DNA from: Glaucostegus cemiculus
Lineage: Eukaryota
Assembly: GCA_976551045.1 (NCBI GenBank)
Contig: CDPCPM010000213.1
Location: 868,001-932,000, forward strand
Direction: 5' to 3'
Length of the DNA stretch: 64,000 nt
Every line of letters starts with the position of its first letter. Positions within the stretch are counted from its first letter, which is position 1. The translations under genes and the position numbers were made by a program. The notes beneath the pieces were generated by a model that was not told the DNA's origin, searched no databases, and saw only the letters and a list, made by a program, of their open reading frames with translations. Positions 1 through 12,629 of the stretch are shown here, in pieces.

Positions 1-239
1 AAAAGGAAGTATCTGTTCCATTTCTACAACCAGGAGAGATTGGTGTTGTTTCAGTGAAATTTGTTGCACCAAACTTTGAAGGCACTTACACTTCTCATTG
101 GCGCTTGGCTCATAAAGGGGAACAGTTTGGACCTAGAGTATGGTGCAGCATTGTTATTGATGCTCCATTACCCCCTGAAGTTGCAGATGTGAATGCAAAC
201 TCTCCTTTTAGCTCCAAGACAAGATTTCCTGAAAATCTG
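1..239 (+). CDS. NBR1: NBR1 exon (5' part outside window): C-terminal half of the FW domain
   Basis: KEVSVPFLQPGEIGVVSVKFVAPNFEGTYTSHWRLAHKGEQFGPRVWCSIVID matches human NBR1 EGTYTSHWRLSHKGQQFGPRVWCSIIVD; donor CTG|GTAGGT, phase 0. Confidence 0.95.
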
Positions 240-531
240 GTAGGTTGAATGAAGTAAATACTATAGCCCAATGTGGATTGTCTCACTATTACAAAATTGG
301 CTTGGGAGGTTTCTATTTTTGTGCCGCTGGTTTTGTTAGGACTTCTGCATAAAGCAATTTTAACGTGGATATTTTTGTAATGCGATTTTATAACTAGAGC
401 ATCTGTTTTGCTTTTGGCACCTGTGTACACTGACACAAAGTAACTCAAGTCTTGGTAGTACTGCTAGCTCCCATTCACACTTACTCCCTGTTTAACTGTG
501 TGCAGATTATAATTTTCAACTGTGTGTCACA

Positions 532-760
532 AGGGCGAGACCTTTCTTTCTTTTTAATCTTTTTATTAGTTACAAATCAATACAGATGAATATATAGCAT
601 CAGTGTTCACACATGTATTACAAAGAGATCAGGATTACAATCATAGCAAAGGTAATCATAAGAAACAATAAAGTATATATAAAATAAATAGATCCAATGA
701 TCTCTTGGTTAATGAATATAGTATAAAAGATAAAAAGGAAAAAGATTCAGGGCAAGACCT
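532..760 (-). mobile_element. L1/Tx1-type 3' UTR tip (544-748) with 12-bp TSD
   Basis: T-rich tail and TTTATT on the left; AGGGCGAGACCT (532-543) and AGGGCAAGACCT (749-760) flank it; body aligns by eye with the L1 3' UTR at 60080-60270. Confidence 0.8.
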
Positions 761-1010
761 GATAGGTTACAGTTTTATACCGGATGACCTCTCTACTTCT
801 TTCTCACCTGTACGCTGCAGCCATAAGTCTTAGCAAAAATATAGTTTTCTTCCATCTGATGGACCTGGCCATTCAGCATAGCAGACGGGATTACCACCAA
901 ATTTAAAAGACAATTCCTGGCTCGGAATAATCCTGATGTTATTTCAGTAAACTATGATGAGGTGGTTGAATTACTCTTGGGTTAATAAATTTGGAATCTT
1001 TCTTCTTTAG

Positions 1011-1070
1011 GACCAAGTTCCCTTGGCTTCAGAGACCGAAGATCAACCTGTTCCAGAAGAAGAATCCACA
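1011..1070 (+). CDS. NBR1: NBR1 60-nt exon (DQVPLASETEDQPVPEEEST)
   Basis: Pyrimidine tract TTTCTTCTTTAG acceptor, ACA|GTAATG donor, open frame, phase 0-0. Confidence 0.65.
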
Positions 1071-3419
1071 GTAATGGCAAATACAGTAGTATTCAGCTGT
1101 AGATACATGCTTTAGTGAAATAAGAGTGCATTGCTTAAAAGAATCTGTACCTTGACAAAATTATTTGCTGGCAAAATTCTCATTGCTATGATTCTACAAA
1201 TAATTTGATATTTTAAAATAGTTCTTTTAGCTTGATCTTTTTCTTTCTTAATTCTATTCTCCCTAAGTAATTTCATCAAATGTTGGTTTTTCATGAGCTA
1301 AGATATGGGGCAAATTTAGCTTTTTTGTTTTTCAGAGGGAATGAGGCAGTTGAATACTCTGCTTTTATTTGACCTGTTTGTGTATTCCATTGCCCACCAC
1401 CCCCCCTCCCCCATTTTACTGAAACCTGGGTGGGTGCTTGCAAATTAATTGGATTCTGAATGAACTTTGGGCACTGCCTGAATTAATTCAGCATGAGTGT
1501 TCACCACTCTGTGATTGGTGAAGGAGATTTTGGGGGTTAAAATTCTCAGTGCTCTAAGTGGGTGTCCGTGCAAAGTCCCCATTAACCACTGTAAAATTCT
1601 TCAATTCAAAAGGACGTCCTATTGTAAGATGGATTACTGCCTTCTTCCTTTCTTCCTCTCCACTTCCGGTTTAATATTATTTCCTGCTGAAGGTACAACG
1701 GCTTTACTCCTATATCTCAGTTATCCTAGAGTTAGAAATTTGCCAGAGATAATGGAGCACCTCCCTGATACTTGGAAGTCTGGTCCCTTCAGAGGGAGCC
1801 CCATTCATAATCATCTGGCCATTGATTTGTCAGACTTTTTCACTTGGGGGGCTTTACAATTGAGACCATTTCTCCTCCAGCAAAGTTCACAATATACTTT
1901 GCAGCAAGGAGTAGGAAATAACAATTAAAAATTATAAGATAACTCTTGTGTACCAGCAATTGAATTAGTGTCTTTATTGCCTATGGCAGAGCTTAATTTA
2001 ATTGGTAATCATTTTTTTAAAATACTGTTTATTGATAACCCATTTTCAGTAGTGTAATTAATCAATTTTTGATTGCCCCATTTTCTTAAGACTGATAACC
2101 TAGAAATTCTAGTGCATTTGCTGTTGCAAACTCAGTGGTATCAGGCGTCCAAGGTCTCTGGCACCACAGAAAGGATATTACAAACTTATTGTAAACATGT
2201 TGACAAGAATTAAGCTGCATCCAGGAAATTAAGTGGCTGTCAGGAGAACTGGTTGGCTGGTGGTTTTACATTTGATTTAGGCATGGAATCAAGTTGGTAC
2301 TTGGATAAGTGGGTGGGGTGGAGGATGTCAACAGCCTGGATAATTTGGAGAAGTTTACCAAGAATGATTGTCTGAGGGAGCAGTCAGCAAACAAATTTGG
2401 AGCTAGGGGGTAGTTGGTAGAGAGGAAGATTAGAGTAGGGGTGAAGGGAGCAAGTAATATGTGGTGCTATTTGGAGGGGTGGGGGAATGCAGTAGTTGTG
2501 GCATGGCAACAGGAGTGGGAGGAAGTGTGAAGGTTGAAGTGCAGCTTGGTCTAACCTGCCCTGGAATGTTCCAAATTAAGTGCAGCATTGGAAACATGTT
2601 ACCATGTGCATGGCTGACATAGAAAAAGCACTAGGCATATGGGTGAATTGCACCTACAGTGCTTGGTTGAATTTCCAGAGTGCCCTAGTTCTGCTTGGAA
2701 ATGGTTGAAGTCTTCTGTCATTCTTTTAAATAAAAACTTTTTTTCAATCATGCACTGCTGTGTACAAAAAATAATGTGCATCTGAATTTCTAGGCCATTG
2801 TTCTTTAGATAATTCTGTGATTGGATTTGTTTCAGAATGTTGCTTGATCTGATCTCAGTTTACTATTGCATATAGTCTAGGTCTCTTCTGCTGTCGGGTG
2901 TCCACTCCAGCCTTCAACAGCTCCACAAAACAAGAGGAAGGGGAATAAGAAAATAATCATTTAAATACAGTATTCTTATCATAACATTATATTTATACAA
3001 CATGGCTTTACCATATTGTTTAGCTGATTTTTTTTTTCCATTCCTGTTACTTATTTGCTTATGATGTCCTTGTGAGGTTTTTTCATGTATTCACTAATTT
3101 AAATGTAGAGTCCCTTGTTTTGTTTCCTTGATGAGGACATCACTAAAGTTTAAAGGTGGGAATTTTTTGGGATCAACTACCACTCATTTAAACAGAAGGA
3201 AATTTTAGTTTCAATTTTTTTGTATCATCTCCAGGTTAAAAATTTTTTTCTTGTTCACTACACCTTGATATTTTGAATGAAATTAGTTTTATTTAAAATT
3301 TTAAAATATTTCCTGGAGTTCCAACCTTTCCACATTTCTCTGGAACCCTTTCTGCACCCTTTGCAAAGAATGTTTTTGCTACATGAAATGCACTTGGCAT
3401 CCAGAATAGTATTCATCTG

Positions 3420-4136
3420 AACAAATGGAATGCTGACCTGTTATATAAAACAGAGTACAGATGTGAAGAAACTATGTTGAAATACTGCAGTGCACAGGTC
3501 AGCCTACACCTTGAATTCCAATCCTTTTTAAAACTATTGTTATGATACAAGGGAGTATTCAAACCCTAATTTGCATTAACAAGGATACCTTGCATTGCTT
3601 TTACAACCATAAGGGGAAAAAAATGCTGCCTTAGGGACTCCACAGTATATGAAAAATGATAGATAAACTGAACAGCCTATATCAATATAACAGAGTATAA
3701 CAACAGCATATTGAAGCCTGTACATGAGGGTAAAGGGTATGGATTCAAACTAAGGAAGGTGAGATTAAGGACTGTGTTCAGGAAATTATTTTGCACAGGC
3801 CATGATCAAGAAACAGATTGAACAGCTCATCAGGAATCTCAACTATGATCTATTTAAATGCAACATTGACTTAAAAAAAGCCTTAAGTTGTTGAGAGGGA
3901 TTATGGGGTAAATGTAAATAGGCAGTATTCTCTGGCTAGAGTCTAGAACTCGGGAGCCTACTCAAAGGATGAGAGACTGGCCATTCATTGTGATAAGAAA
4001 ACCTTTCTATTCAGAGTGCTGTTAGATTTTGGAATTCTATCTCCTTGTGGCTGGGGATGTTCAGTTCTTGAATGTATTCAAGACTGAATTCAAGCCATTT
4101 TTGAACTCTTGAGAAGATTAGAGGATATGGACATTG
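3420..4136 (+). mobile_element. Degraded CR1 LINE 3' fragments
   Basis: Remnants of the LVRPHLEY-coding and RTRGH/3' UTR segments seen in the better-preserved CR1 copies in this window; boundaries approximate. Confidence 0.55.
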
Positions 4137-4215
4137 GGCATATGGGTGAATTGCTCCTCCAGTGCTTGGTTGAATTTCCAGAGTGGAGACAGTAAAGTGG
4201 CATAGGATCAGTTAG

Positions 4216-4460
4216 GGCAGGCATGGTAGTGTAGCAGTTAGCACAATGCTATTACAGCGCCAGTGACCCAGGTTCAATTCTGGCTTCTGTCTGTAAGGAG
4301 TTTGTACGTTCTCTCTATGTCTGCATGGGTTTCCTCCCACATTCCAAAGACTTGCGGGTTAGGGAGCTGCGGTGACACTTGCGGGCTGCCCCCAGAACAC
4401 TCTACTCAAAAGATACATTTCACTGTGTTTCCATGTACACATGACTAATAAAGATGCCTT
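4216..4460 (+). mobile_element. tRNA-derived (V-SINE-like) SINE nested in a CR1 3' UTR
   Basis: A/B-box-like head (GGTAGTGTAGCAGTTAGC...GGTTCAATTC), GGGTTTCCTCCCACATTCCAAAGAC core, AATAAAGAT tail; same family as 48885-49180. Confidence 0.8.
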
Positions 4461-4620
4461 ATGATCTTATTAAATGACAGGGAAGGCTCAGTTGGGCACA
4501 TGGCCAAATCCTGGTTTTGATTTCATTTTTAAAGTTTTAAACTAATATATTCAATGTGTTAATTAAATGATAGGCAAATGTTTATATACGCAGACTGACT
4601 AAAAGTTGTAATTTCTTTAG

Positions 4621-4788
4621 AAAAAGACACTTGTGACAGCAGACATTGGGAAGCATCCAGTTGTGTTGGATCTTGAAGAAGCAGAAGCAGCAAAAACAGC
4701 AACCATAGCATTGCCTAAACTTCAGCCTAAAGACCAGAATGGGGAATTTTACACATTTATGCCATCTGTAGACCTTCTGACTGCACAG
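4621..4788 (+). CDS. NBR1: NBR1 exon ending ...FMPSVDLLTAQ
   Basis: TTTCTTTAG acceptor, CAG|GTATGT donor; matches human YIPSVDLLTAQ. Confidence 0.92.
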
Positions 4789-5745
4789 GTATGTATTGTG
4801 TGCAGTAAAAACTGGACTAAATAATGCATATTTCTCCTTCATTCAAACTATTCAGTTTATTCTTTATTGGGACAGCATTTTGAGCAGGAAATCCAAAGTC
4901 TAGCGTTGATTTGATGCTGTGGAATTTTAACTCTACAGCAGCTGCCTTTTGACTGCAGAAAAGTTCCTCAGCTGGCGGTTACTTTGAATCATAGACTTGC
5001 CTTCCTATCAGGTGCTGCAGAGCGGTGAATGAAAAAAGCCAAGTCTATAATCATGAATTTTCTTCCTTGGAGGGGAAGAGTGTGGCCAGGGAGGGACGGA
5101 CCCACCTGTAATCCAGGTGGGATACCTGACCTCCAAGGCTGTAGTTTTATTGGGAGGGAGGCATCTGTTAACAGAAGAATTCTGGACATCAGAGAGAAGC
5201 CCTTCTTATTTTTACTAGCTTGCAAGCAACATTTATGAAGTCACTTAAGATACTGTAAATAACACAATCATAAAAACTGCTCTTGCCTGCCTTCAAAAAA
5301 GCAAGTTTCCTAATTCCTGGCAATCGAGCCTTCCCACTGTAAAACCTGCAACTTGAGTAGAAAACCTCACCAACACAAAAAAAAATGTCATTGCTTGTGA
5401 GCAATTTGGTTGTCCATCTCATATGCCATCTCTTTAGAATCCAGACTTCGGTAGCTTGGAGTCAGCTTCCCAACTCATGCTGAATGTTACTCTTTTTAAT
5501 CCCCAATGGTAATTAATCCACAAACTTGTCCATTTTAAAAGTACCCCCCTCACACACACGGTTTCTTGCAGAATAAATTACATATTAGGAATGATGCTTG
5601 GGGCACGTTGAAGAGTTCACTCTTGAGCCATGCTTCTCTGCTTTTGTCCATACAATTGTGTGTTCATTCCAATGTTTTAAGTGTACTATTTCAGGAGATG
5701 ACTGCATTAAAGATTCATTGTGATTATGTTTTCTCAATATTCCAG

Positions 5746-5821
5746 GACCTGCTTTCATTTGAACTATTGGACATAAATATTGTTCAGGAAATGGAACATG
5801 TACCAAACAACACCCCAGTTG
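5746..5821 (+). CDS. NBR1: NBR1 exon DLLSFELLDINIVQEMEHVPNNTPV
   Basis: Near-identical to human DLLSFELLDINIVQELERVPHNTPV; TTCCAG acceptor, G|GTAAGA donor. Confidence 0.95.
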
Positions 5822-6918
5822 GTAAGATATTTAATTACTGAATATCCTAAAAATGAGTTGGAGATCATTTGCAAAATAGATTATGGGACTTTATGGTTAG
5901 CTGTTGTTGTGAAGCAGAAACATTTTTTGGCTTTGAATTAATTTTGATCATATTTTAATCTTAAAGTCAATCTAAAATTTCCATGCAAAAGATGACGGGT
6001 GGAATTGCCTTACTGGAAGGGGTTTTGGCTGGTTTATTGATATAGGTACATTCTTAGTAAGAGCGTTATCTAAATTTCCCATACAACAGGTATAATTCTT
6101 AAACGAGTATGTGTTCATATTTCCCCTGTTCAGTTCTTCGTTATTTCATGTAAAGTATAAGTTTTTAGGCAAGACATCTTTTTATCATGCTCATTGTGGC
6201 TTTTGGGTGTATGATTATATCAAGATTGTATGCATAGAAGCACCAGATTATTCACAAGTACAAAAGATGTACTTGTCTGGTTTCTGCTTTTTTTAAAAGA
6301 AATCATGAAGAAAAATTCCTTTACAAAAAGAAATTAAGATAGTTTTTAGGTAATTAAGAAAGCTATAATTAACAGAATGAAAATGGACAGGATTTCTTGC
6401 TCTGGAAAAGAGAAGGCTGAGGGATGACTAAAAATATAGTTTTAAAATTATTTTAAAGTTTGTTATTGTGTATGTAGAGAAAATATCACATGAATGAAAC
6501 CAAACCTAGTATTGACATTCTCAACATTAATAATTAGGAATTCAGGACAAACATTTACAATATAGAACTTATTACATAGTGGAGCACTTGAGGTCAATTG
6601 TATGGATGCATGTAAGAAGTGACTTCAGCTCATGAAGAAATGAATAGATGATTAAGGATTAGATGAGGTTTGGTGGGGCTCTGCTCACAAGCAACATAAA
6701 TGTTGGTGTGGAACAGTTGGGCTAAGCGACTTATTTTTCTGCTGTAATTTTTAAGTTTTTAAGTATTTCTGTAACAAGAATTTTCGCATTTTTGTGAAGT
6801 ATTTCACTTTTTAAAATGTTCCAAGAACTTGCAGCTTGAATGTTTCTTATTACTTTATGAAGTAACTTCTCTGGATATTGTGGCTTTGCAAGTTTGAAAT
6901 GCTGCTTTTGTTTCCAAG

Positions 6919-7026
6919 ATATGACCCCGTGCATGTCACCTTTACCCTATGATGGTCCACTAATTGAGAGGCCTGGTCTTGTTCAGATTGAAGAGGAAAA
7001 TGAAGCTAACTTCAAGTCACGGTTGG
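6919..7026 (+). CDS. NBR1: NBR1 exon DMTPCMSPLPYDGPLIERPGLVQIEEENE...
   Basis: Matches human DVTPCMSPLPHDSPLIEKPGLGQIEEENE; phase 1-1 with AG/GT. Confidence 0.95.
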
Positions 7027-7229
7027 GTATGGAATGCTTGATTTTTCTTTTAGGAATGCTATACTCAGATTAAAAATAAACAGCAAAATAAAATTGCAAT
7101 TTAGGAGAAGAACTTCTGAAATTAAATACATCTAAGGTGGAATCTGTCCTCTACATCTAGATTGATTGTAACAAGATTGTGTAACTTGATTTGCTTTTCC
7201 ATAACCAGGTATTGTATGTATTTGAAATT

Positions 7230-7340
7230 AAAACGGAAAATGCTGGAAACACTTATCAGGTGAGGTAACATCCCTTCAAAATTTCTCTTTCTGCAGATGC
7301 TGCCCAACTGTTGAGTGTTTACAGCATTTTCTGTTTAGTT
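7230..7340. repeat. Palindromic (Penelope-derived-type) short element
   Basis: AAAACGGAAAATGCTGGAAACACT... and ...AGTGTTTACAGCATTTTCTGTTT form inverted arms. Confidence 0.65.
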
Positions 7341-9181
7341 TGGATTTGCAATATCTACTTTTGTTAAGGCCCTGGTTGCCTCCCTTCATGCACACCCTAT
7401 TGATTATGTTCCATTTAAGGGTGAAATGCAAACACCAACTTCAGCACTTCTGTTTACTTTTTACCAATTACACTTGTGAACGTCCTTCTCTTCAATCAAT
7501 TTCTGACTGTGTTTTTTGAAGTTCTGGGCCATTTATGAAATTCTAAACACCCAAAAGATGGATTGTAGATAGATACGGCAGCAGAGTATCCCAGGTGCAA
7601 GTGATCAGATGTGGTACCTTCCAGTGCTGAAAATATGCCAGTTCGTTATCATTGTGGAGACTGGACCAGTCAGCACGGACCAGTTGGGCTGAAGGGCCTA
7701 TTTCTGTACTATATTGCACTGACTGGTGTGCTGGTTAATGGCCTAACTAGACTCGTTGGACCTGTGATGTGGCTGGAGTTGCGTTCAGGTGGCAATTATG
7801 GGTCTGCGGTTTGGAAGAAATGGAGGTGATAGATTAGACTGGCATTTTGGATATTGTGGGGACTGGTATCAGGAACCAGCAAATTCAACGCAAGGGCAGT
7901 CGAGGACCAGCGTAATTGGTGTGGCAAAATCACTAGTTGGGATCACTAGATGGTAATGTTGAGCCTTGGACTCTGAGGGTCTGGGTGTGGAATGAGGAAT
8001 GAAATTGGGGGTGTTGAGGGTTGGATAGGCACCATGGACGTGCAATCCAATGATGGGCACTGTTGTGATCACTGTTCCAAGTTCAATTGTGACTATCCAA
8101 ATACCATCTTTTTCCATAGAGATGGTGGTCTGTGCGGTGATGTTGCAGAAGTTGAATCAGGAGTCACCAGGATGACTGGTGCCCGGAAGTGCCCAACCAA
8201 ATTCCAGGAAAAGATTTTTGTCAGTTGCATAACTCAGGAAAAATACATTGTTGAATTTCTCGTCAGTCTTCCCACTCCTATTTGCATATGGAACTAGTAT
8301 TTGTCAGGACATTAAACTGAGTTTCTTCTGGCTATGTTGTCAAATATTTAAATAAAATAACATGATCCAAAAAAATAATGTGCTAATCAGTGAAACTAAA
8401 CCAATGAAGATTGCAATGGGAATACTTGAGTTTGCTTGCAATGTTCCAGTTGGATTTCTACCAGTCATAATTTTCCTTATACATTTAAAAAAAATTGAAA
8501 TGTCTAAACTGGAAATTTTACTGCATTCACAATTCCTGCAGCTCGCAGGCAAATGAAATGCTTTCATTTTAAATCTTGGACACTTTTTTTTAAACCGATG
8601 TATTCACGTGCTTTTTTTAATATAGTGGTTGTTTTTGCTAGCTTATTTTTAAATGAGGTCTCGACAGAAAATGAACAAAAGGGAGAATACTGAATTCATT
8701 TGTGGGCTAACATCTGAAAATATGATGACTATCTAGGTTGCAGTTAATTTTTTTAAAAAAAAGAACACTGGTCTTTATGAAAAGGAGAATTTTCCTTCCC
8801 CCCCCCCCCCCCCCCTCCAGATGGATGCATCTCCAGTCCACTTTGTAGCTGATTCTTAATACTCTAAAGGCTATTAGTGATTGTTAATAAGGATTTAAAG
8901 ATAAATTCAATAATGATTCATTGCCATGAATAACTGTAACTGTTAATCTATCAAGCTAGATATCCCTGAATGTTTATTACCATGTCAGTGGTTTGAAAAC
9001 TAATTATAGTAAACAGGATGGCTTTAGTTAACAAATGGCTGTTTTTTATGGCAATTTTTAAAAATCTTTACTGAATATTACAACTATATATATAAGCAAT
9101 TTAGTTTTAATTTTTACAAATTGAGTTTGTTAATTAATATGAACTGTCTTTGATTCTCATCCTACCCTTCCTTGCCAACAG

Positions 9182-9310
9182 ATCATCCTCATTTAGAGGA
9201 AGGAGAGGAGGACATCAGTGGGACTCAGTTTGTTTGTGAGACTGTTATCCGTTCTCTGGCTTTAGATGAGGCTCCTGATTTGCTGCCACGCCACAGGGGT
9301 AAAGCAGACA
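9182..9310 (+). CDS. NBR1: NBR1 exon ...EEDISGTQFVCETVIRSLALDEAPD...
   Basis: Matches human EEDLSGTQFVCETVIRSLTLDAAPD; CAG acceptor, A|GTGAGT donor. Confidence 0.95.
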
Positions 9311-10511
9311 GTGAGTATTTATAAGGGACAAGAACCTGTTTTAGCAGAAACAATAGTGGCTTAAACGTTGTTGGGATTCTGTAGAAAGTATCATTTTGTG
9401 GTCTGCAAAATTGAGTTCCTAAAATTGCCTTGAAGGAGGAATTTGCTGTCTTACTTATTTAACTACTTAAGGTGGTTCCTTTTGCTGTCATTTTTCCATG
9501 TTCTGTATCAGAGTTGTATTTCCATTTGGGGAAGTGCTTTATTTTTGTGCCACATCCCAATTTCTTTTGTTTTCCATTTGAGTTGTTGATTGATTTTTAA
9601 AATAATCAATTAATAAATCATCTAAAAATGAGTATATAAACAGATGGGTTTTCATTTTAAAACAGACCTTTTTTAATAATTTTAGATTTCTAAGTTAAGG
9701 GATGTTCTCTTTTGGAGTATTATAGTTTTGACAATTCATAATTTTGACAACTCTAAAATGTTTGAGAGTTGCTATAAAATAGGAATTTTTTGAATTGGTA
9801 AGCTAGTACTATAAAATGTGTTGTGAGCTGGTCACACAAAATCCAAGAAATCAAATTTCTCATGAGCTGTCTTTTTGTGGAAATGACCCCTCTCATGTTA
9901 CTTTAAAGTGAGGAGGAGTAAGAGTACTGCTGTCAAACTAAAATGAATTGGCCCCCCCACCCCGCCACACCAACCTTCACCAAATCATTTTGTCCTTTTA
10001 TATTTCATGTTGCATGATTTGTCCTGGACTGCTTGTCTGCTCTGAAATGGTGGTTTTCAGTTTATCTCTTCTATAAGTTATTAAATTGCTTCTTAATTGT
10101 TTAGTTCTGCTTTGCGATATTTAAGCGTAAGTATAGAGGAGAGTTCATTTCTGTTAACAATGCAGGATGAATATGTTCTAGAATTACTTGCATTTGTAAC
10201 TTTTGAAATTATTTTTATTTAAAGAAACAAGGTGGGTGGGGAGACCTTTCCTGTATCTACTACAAACACAGGAAGATTTTAGCTCTTTTAAAATAACATT
10301 CACATTTCTCAACCCTGCGTAAATGTGTTGCACTTCAATAATCAATGAGGAAACATTGAAGCTATTAACATGTTCTATTATATGAGCTGTCATAGACGAA
10401 TTAAAAGTGAAGAAAAACAATTAACTAAATTATTATTCCTGTACTCTCAATATGCACACAATTGTCCATATGTTCTTCAATTATTGCTGTTAATCTCTCT
10501 CACTTGAACAG

Positions 10512-10649
10512 ACACCTCCCAGGAAATGCAAGAAACCGCCAGCTCTGATATTAATAACAGTGAATGGAAAGCTGACAAAATCACTATGACAACAATTACT
10601 ACAACAGGGCAGACAAAACTTTGCACAGAAGAGGTACTACAGGACAAAG
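10512..10649 (+). CDS. NBR1: Probable NBR1 exon, poorly conserved and Thr-rich (NTSQEMQETASSD...EEVLQDK)
   Basis: CTCTCTCACTTGAACAG acceptor, AAG|GTAACT donor, 138 nt open, phase 1-1 compatible with neighbours. Confidence 0.65.
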
Positions 10650-11159
10650 GTAACTGGAGCAACAATAGATGCCATTTTGATTGCATGTTATTTAGTCCAT
10701 AACAGAATGTTGCAGTAAAAGGCAAAGCATATTTATTTTGGAACGCACTGAGAATAAAAGCAAGGTAATCCTTACAAATAAATAAATAAAACCATAGGAA
10801 TATTAATTAAAGGAGAAGATAGGCCTTGGGATGGTTTTCTATTTGGAATAATGCCAATCCCAATATATATCTTTAATTCTTTAATTATGACTACATAATT
10901 CTTATAAATAGGACATATCACACTAACTGCATGAAGCCCACTAGAAATTTCCATCATTTCTTAACTGCTCCATGATGCAAGTTCTGGTGAGTACAGGTAT
11001 ATCATCAGATTGAGCTCATTTAGTGAGTGGAGGCCTGTATTTTAGATCTACTATGGAGCCAATGCAGCAAAGCAACATCAGAAAAAAATTCTACTTCTAA
11101 TCTTCTATTACATTTGGTGCTACACTTGCTACTGTTTTGCTCCATTTCCACGACATGGT

Positions 11160-11340
11160 ACAGCATTGCAGCAGTTAGTGCTGCTGCTTTAACAGCCCCA
11201 CTGATCAAAGTTTAATCTTGATCTCTGGTACTGTCTGTGGAGTTTGCATGTTCTGAGTTTCCTCCAGTCCTGTTCATATTGGTTACTGTAAATAGTCCCT
11301 AGTGCAGGTGTGTGACCAAGGTGGGGAGAAATAAATCTGG
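11160..11340 (+). mobile_element. Degraded tRNA-derived SINE
   Basis: GCAGCAGTTAGTGCTGCTGC head and TGTCTGTGGAGTTTGCATGTTCT core. Confidence 0.55.
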
Positions 11341-11399
11341 ATATGGTAACTTTCACGTTTCTCAGTAAAATATGAACATGCAAACATGCCAGTTAGTAC

Positions 11400-11930
11400 C
11401 AAGAGTGGGACACTCAGTACCCCAAGCCTACTCTAATTTAAAACCATTATGACTGAGCTGACCAATAACCTCAACTCCACATTTTCATCCCCCAGCAACA
11501 ATCTCTCAGCCTTTTGCTTGTCAAATATCTATTTACCTCTGTTTTAAAATACTCAAAGACTCCGCTTCCACTGCTTTTCGAGGGAAGATTGCAGAAGACT
11601 CATGACCTTATGAGAGGAAAAAAAAATTGCCTCCTCTATCTTAAATGGATAGCCCCTTATTTTTAAACAGTGACCTCCTAGTTGTTAATTCTCTTTCAAG
11701 AGCAAGCATATTCTTCATATCCAGCCCACCAAGACAGTTCGAAATCTTGTATGTATCAATCTAGTTGCCTTTTCATTCTTCTATACTCTAGAGGACACCC
11801 TAGCCTGCTCAACCTTTCCTACATAAGATGACCTGACAATTTCATGTATTAGTCCAATAAATCTCTGAACTACTAAAAAGAGATCAATATACTGTTGTCC
11901 AGGTGTCTTGTCAGTGCCCTTTATAATGGA
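11400..11930 (-). mobile_element. Degraded CR1 3' fragment
   Basis: Reverse complement of the CR1 3' ORF2/UTR pattern (TTAAACAGTGACCTCCTAGTT; CTCAACCTTTCCTACATAAG). Confidence 0.6.
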
Positions 11931-12068
11931 TCTATACAATCAAATTAGTGAACAGCATTTTGTAAAGAATTGGTGGTATTGATTTCCTTAGTGTTCACTT
12001 TTAAATGTAATTTTAGAAAGATGATGTGATTATTAGTGGATTATTGATTATTTGCATTTGGCCCACAG

Positions 12069-12423
12069 ATGCTGAAACTGCAGCTGATGGTGTGAGTGAA
12101 TGCTCTGAAGAAAAGTATGAAATAGAAAGTCAGGGGTCCTCCGACTGTTCGGAGGACTACATTATCATCTTACCTGAGTGTTTTGATACAAGTCGCCCTC
12201 TGGGAGAATCGATGTACAGCTCTGCCCTTTCCCAACCTGAAGAAATGGAGGAGGAGGAGGAGATAGAAGTGGTATCTGATGCTGACATCTCTGAGAGTGA
12301 AAATGCTGTCAGTGAAAACAAGCCTCAGTTACATAACATTAATGATATATTATGTATATCTCAGACACTGGAAATGGAGCCCCTTAAACCAGAGGTGGTG
12401 TCTGCTCCATTGCACCAACAAAG
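12069..12423 (+). CDS. NBR1: NBR1 exon with the LC3-interacting region (EDYIII; YIII at 12158-12169)
   Basis: SEDYIIILPECFDTSRPLGESMYSSALSQP matches human; CACAG acceptor, AG|GTAATA donor. Confidence 0.96.
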
Positions 12424-12629
12424 GTAATATTTTATGAATGTTTTTTGTAGCACTTGAACGAAAGTAATATCAGAAGTTGATTGTGTGGCTCAAAATTTGC
12501 TCTGGGACAAATTTGGCTTTTAATAATGAATAATAATAGCAAGAGTCTGTCAGGAAGGGACAAATCATAAAAATGGGAATATGCCACAAATTAAAGTTAA
12601 ACTCAATATAGATTTGAAAAAAGAGACTG

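Noticed and set aside
1515-1928. 137-aa intronic ORF
   Set aside because: Non-ATG start, no motif, and not needed for NBR1 exon phase continuity
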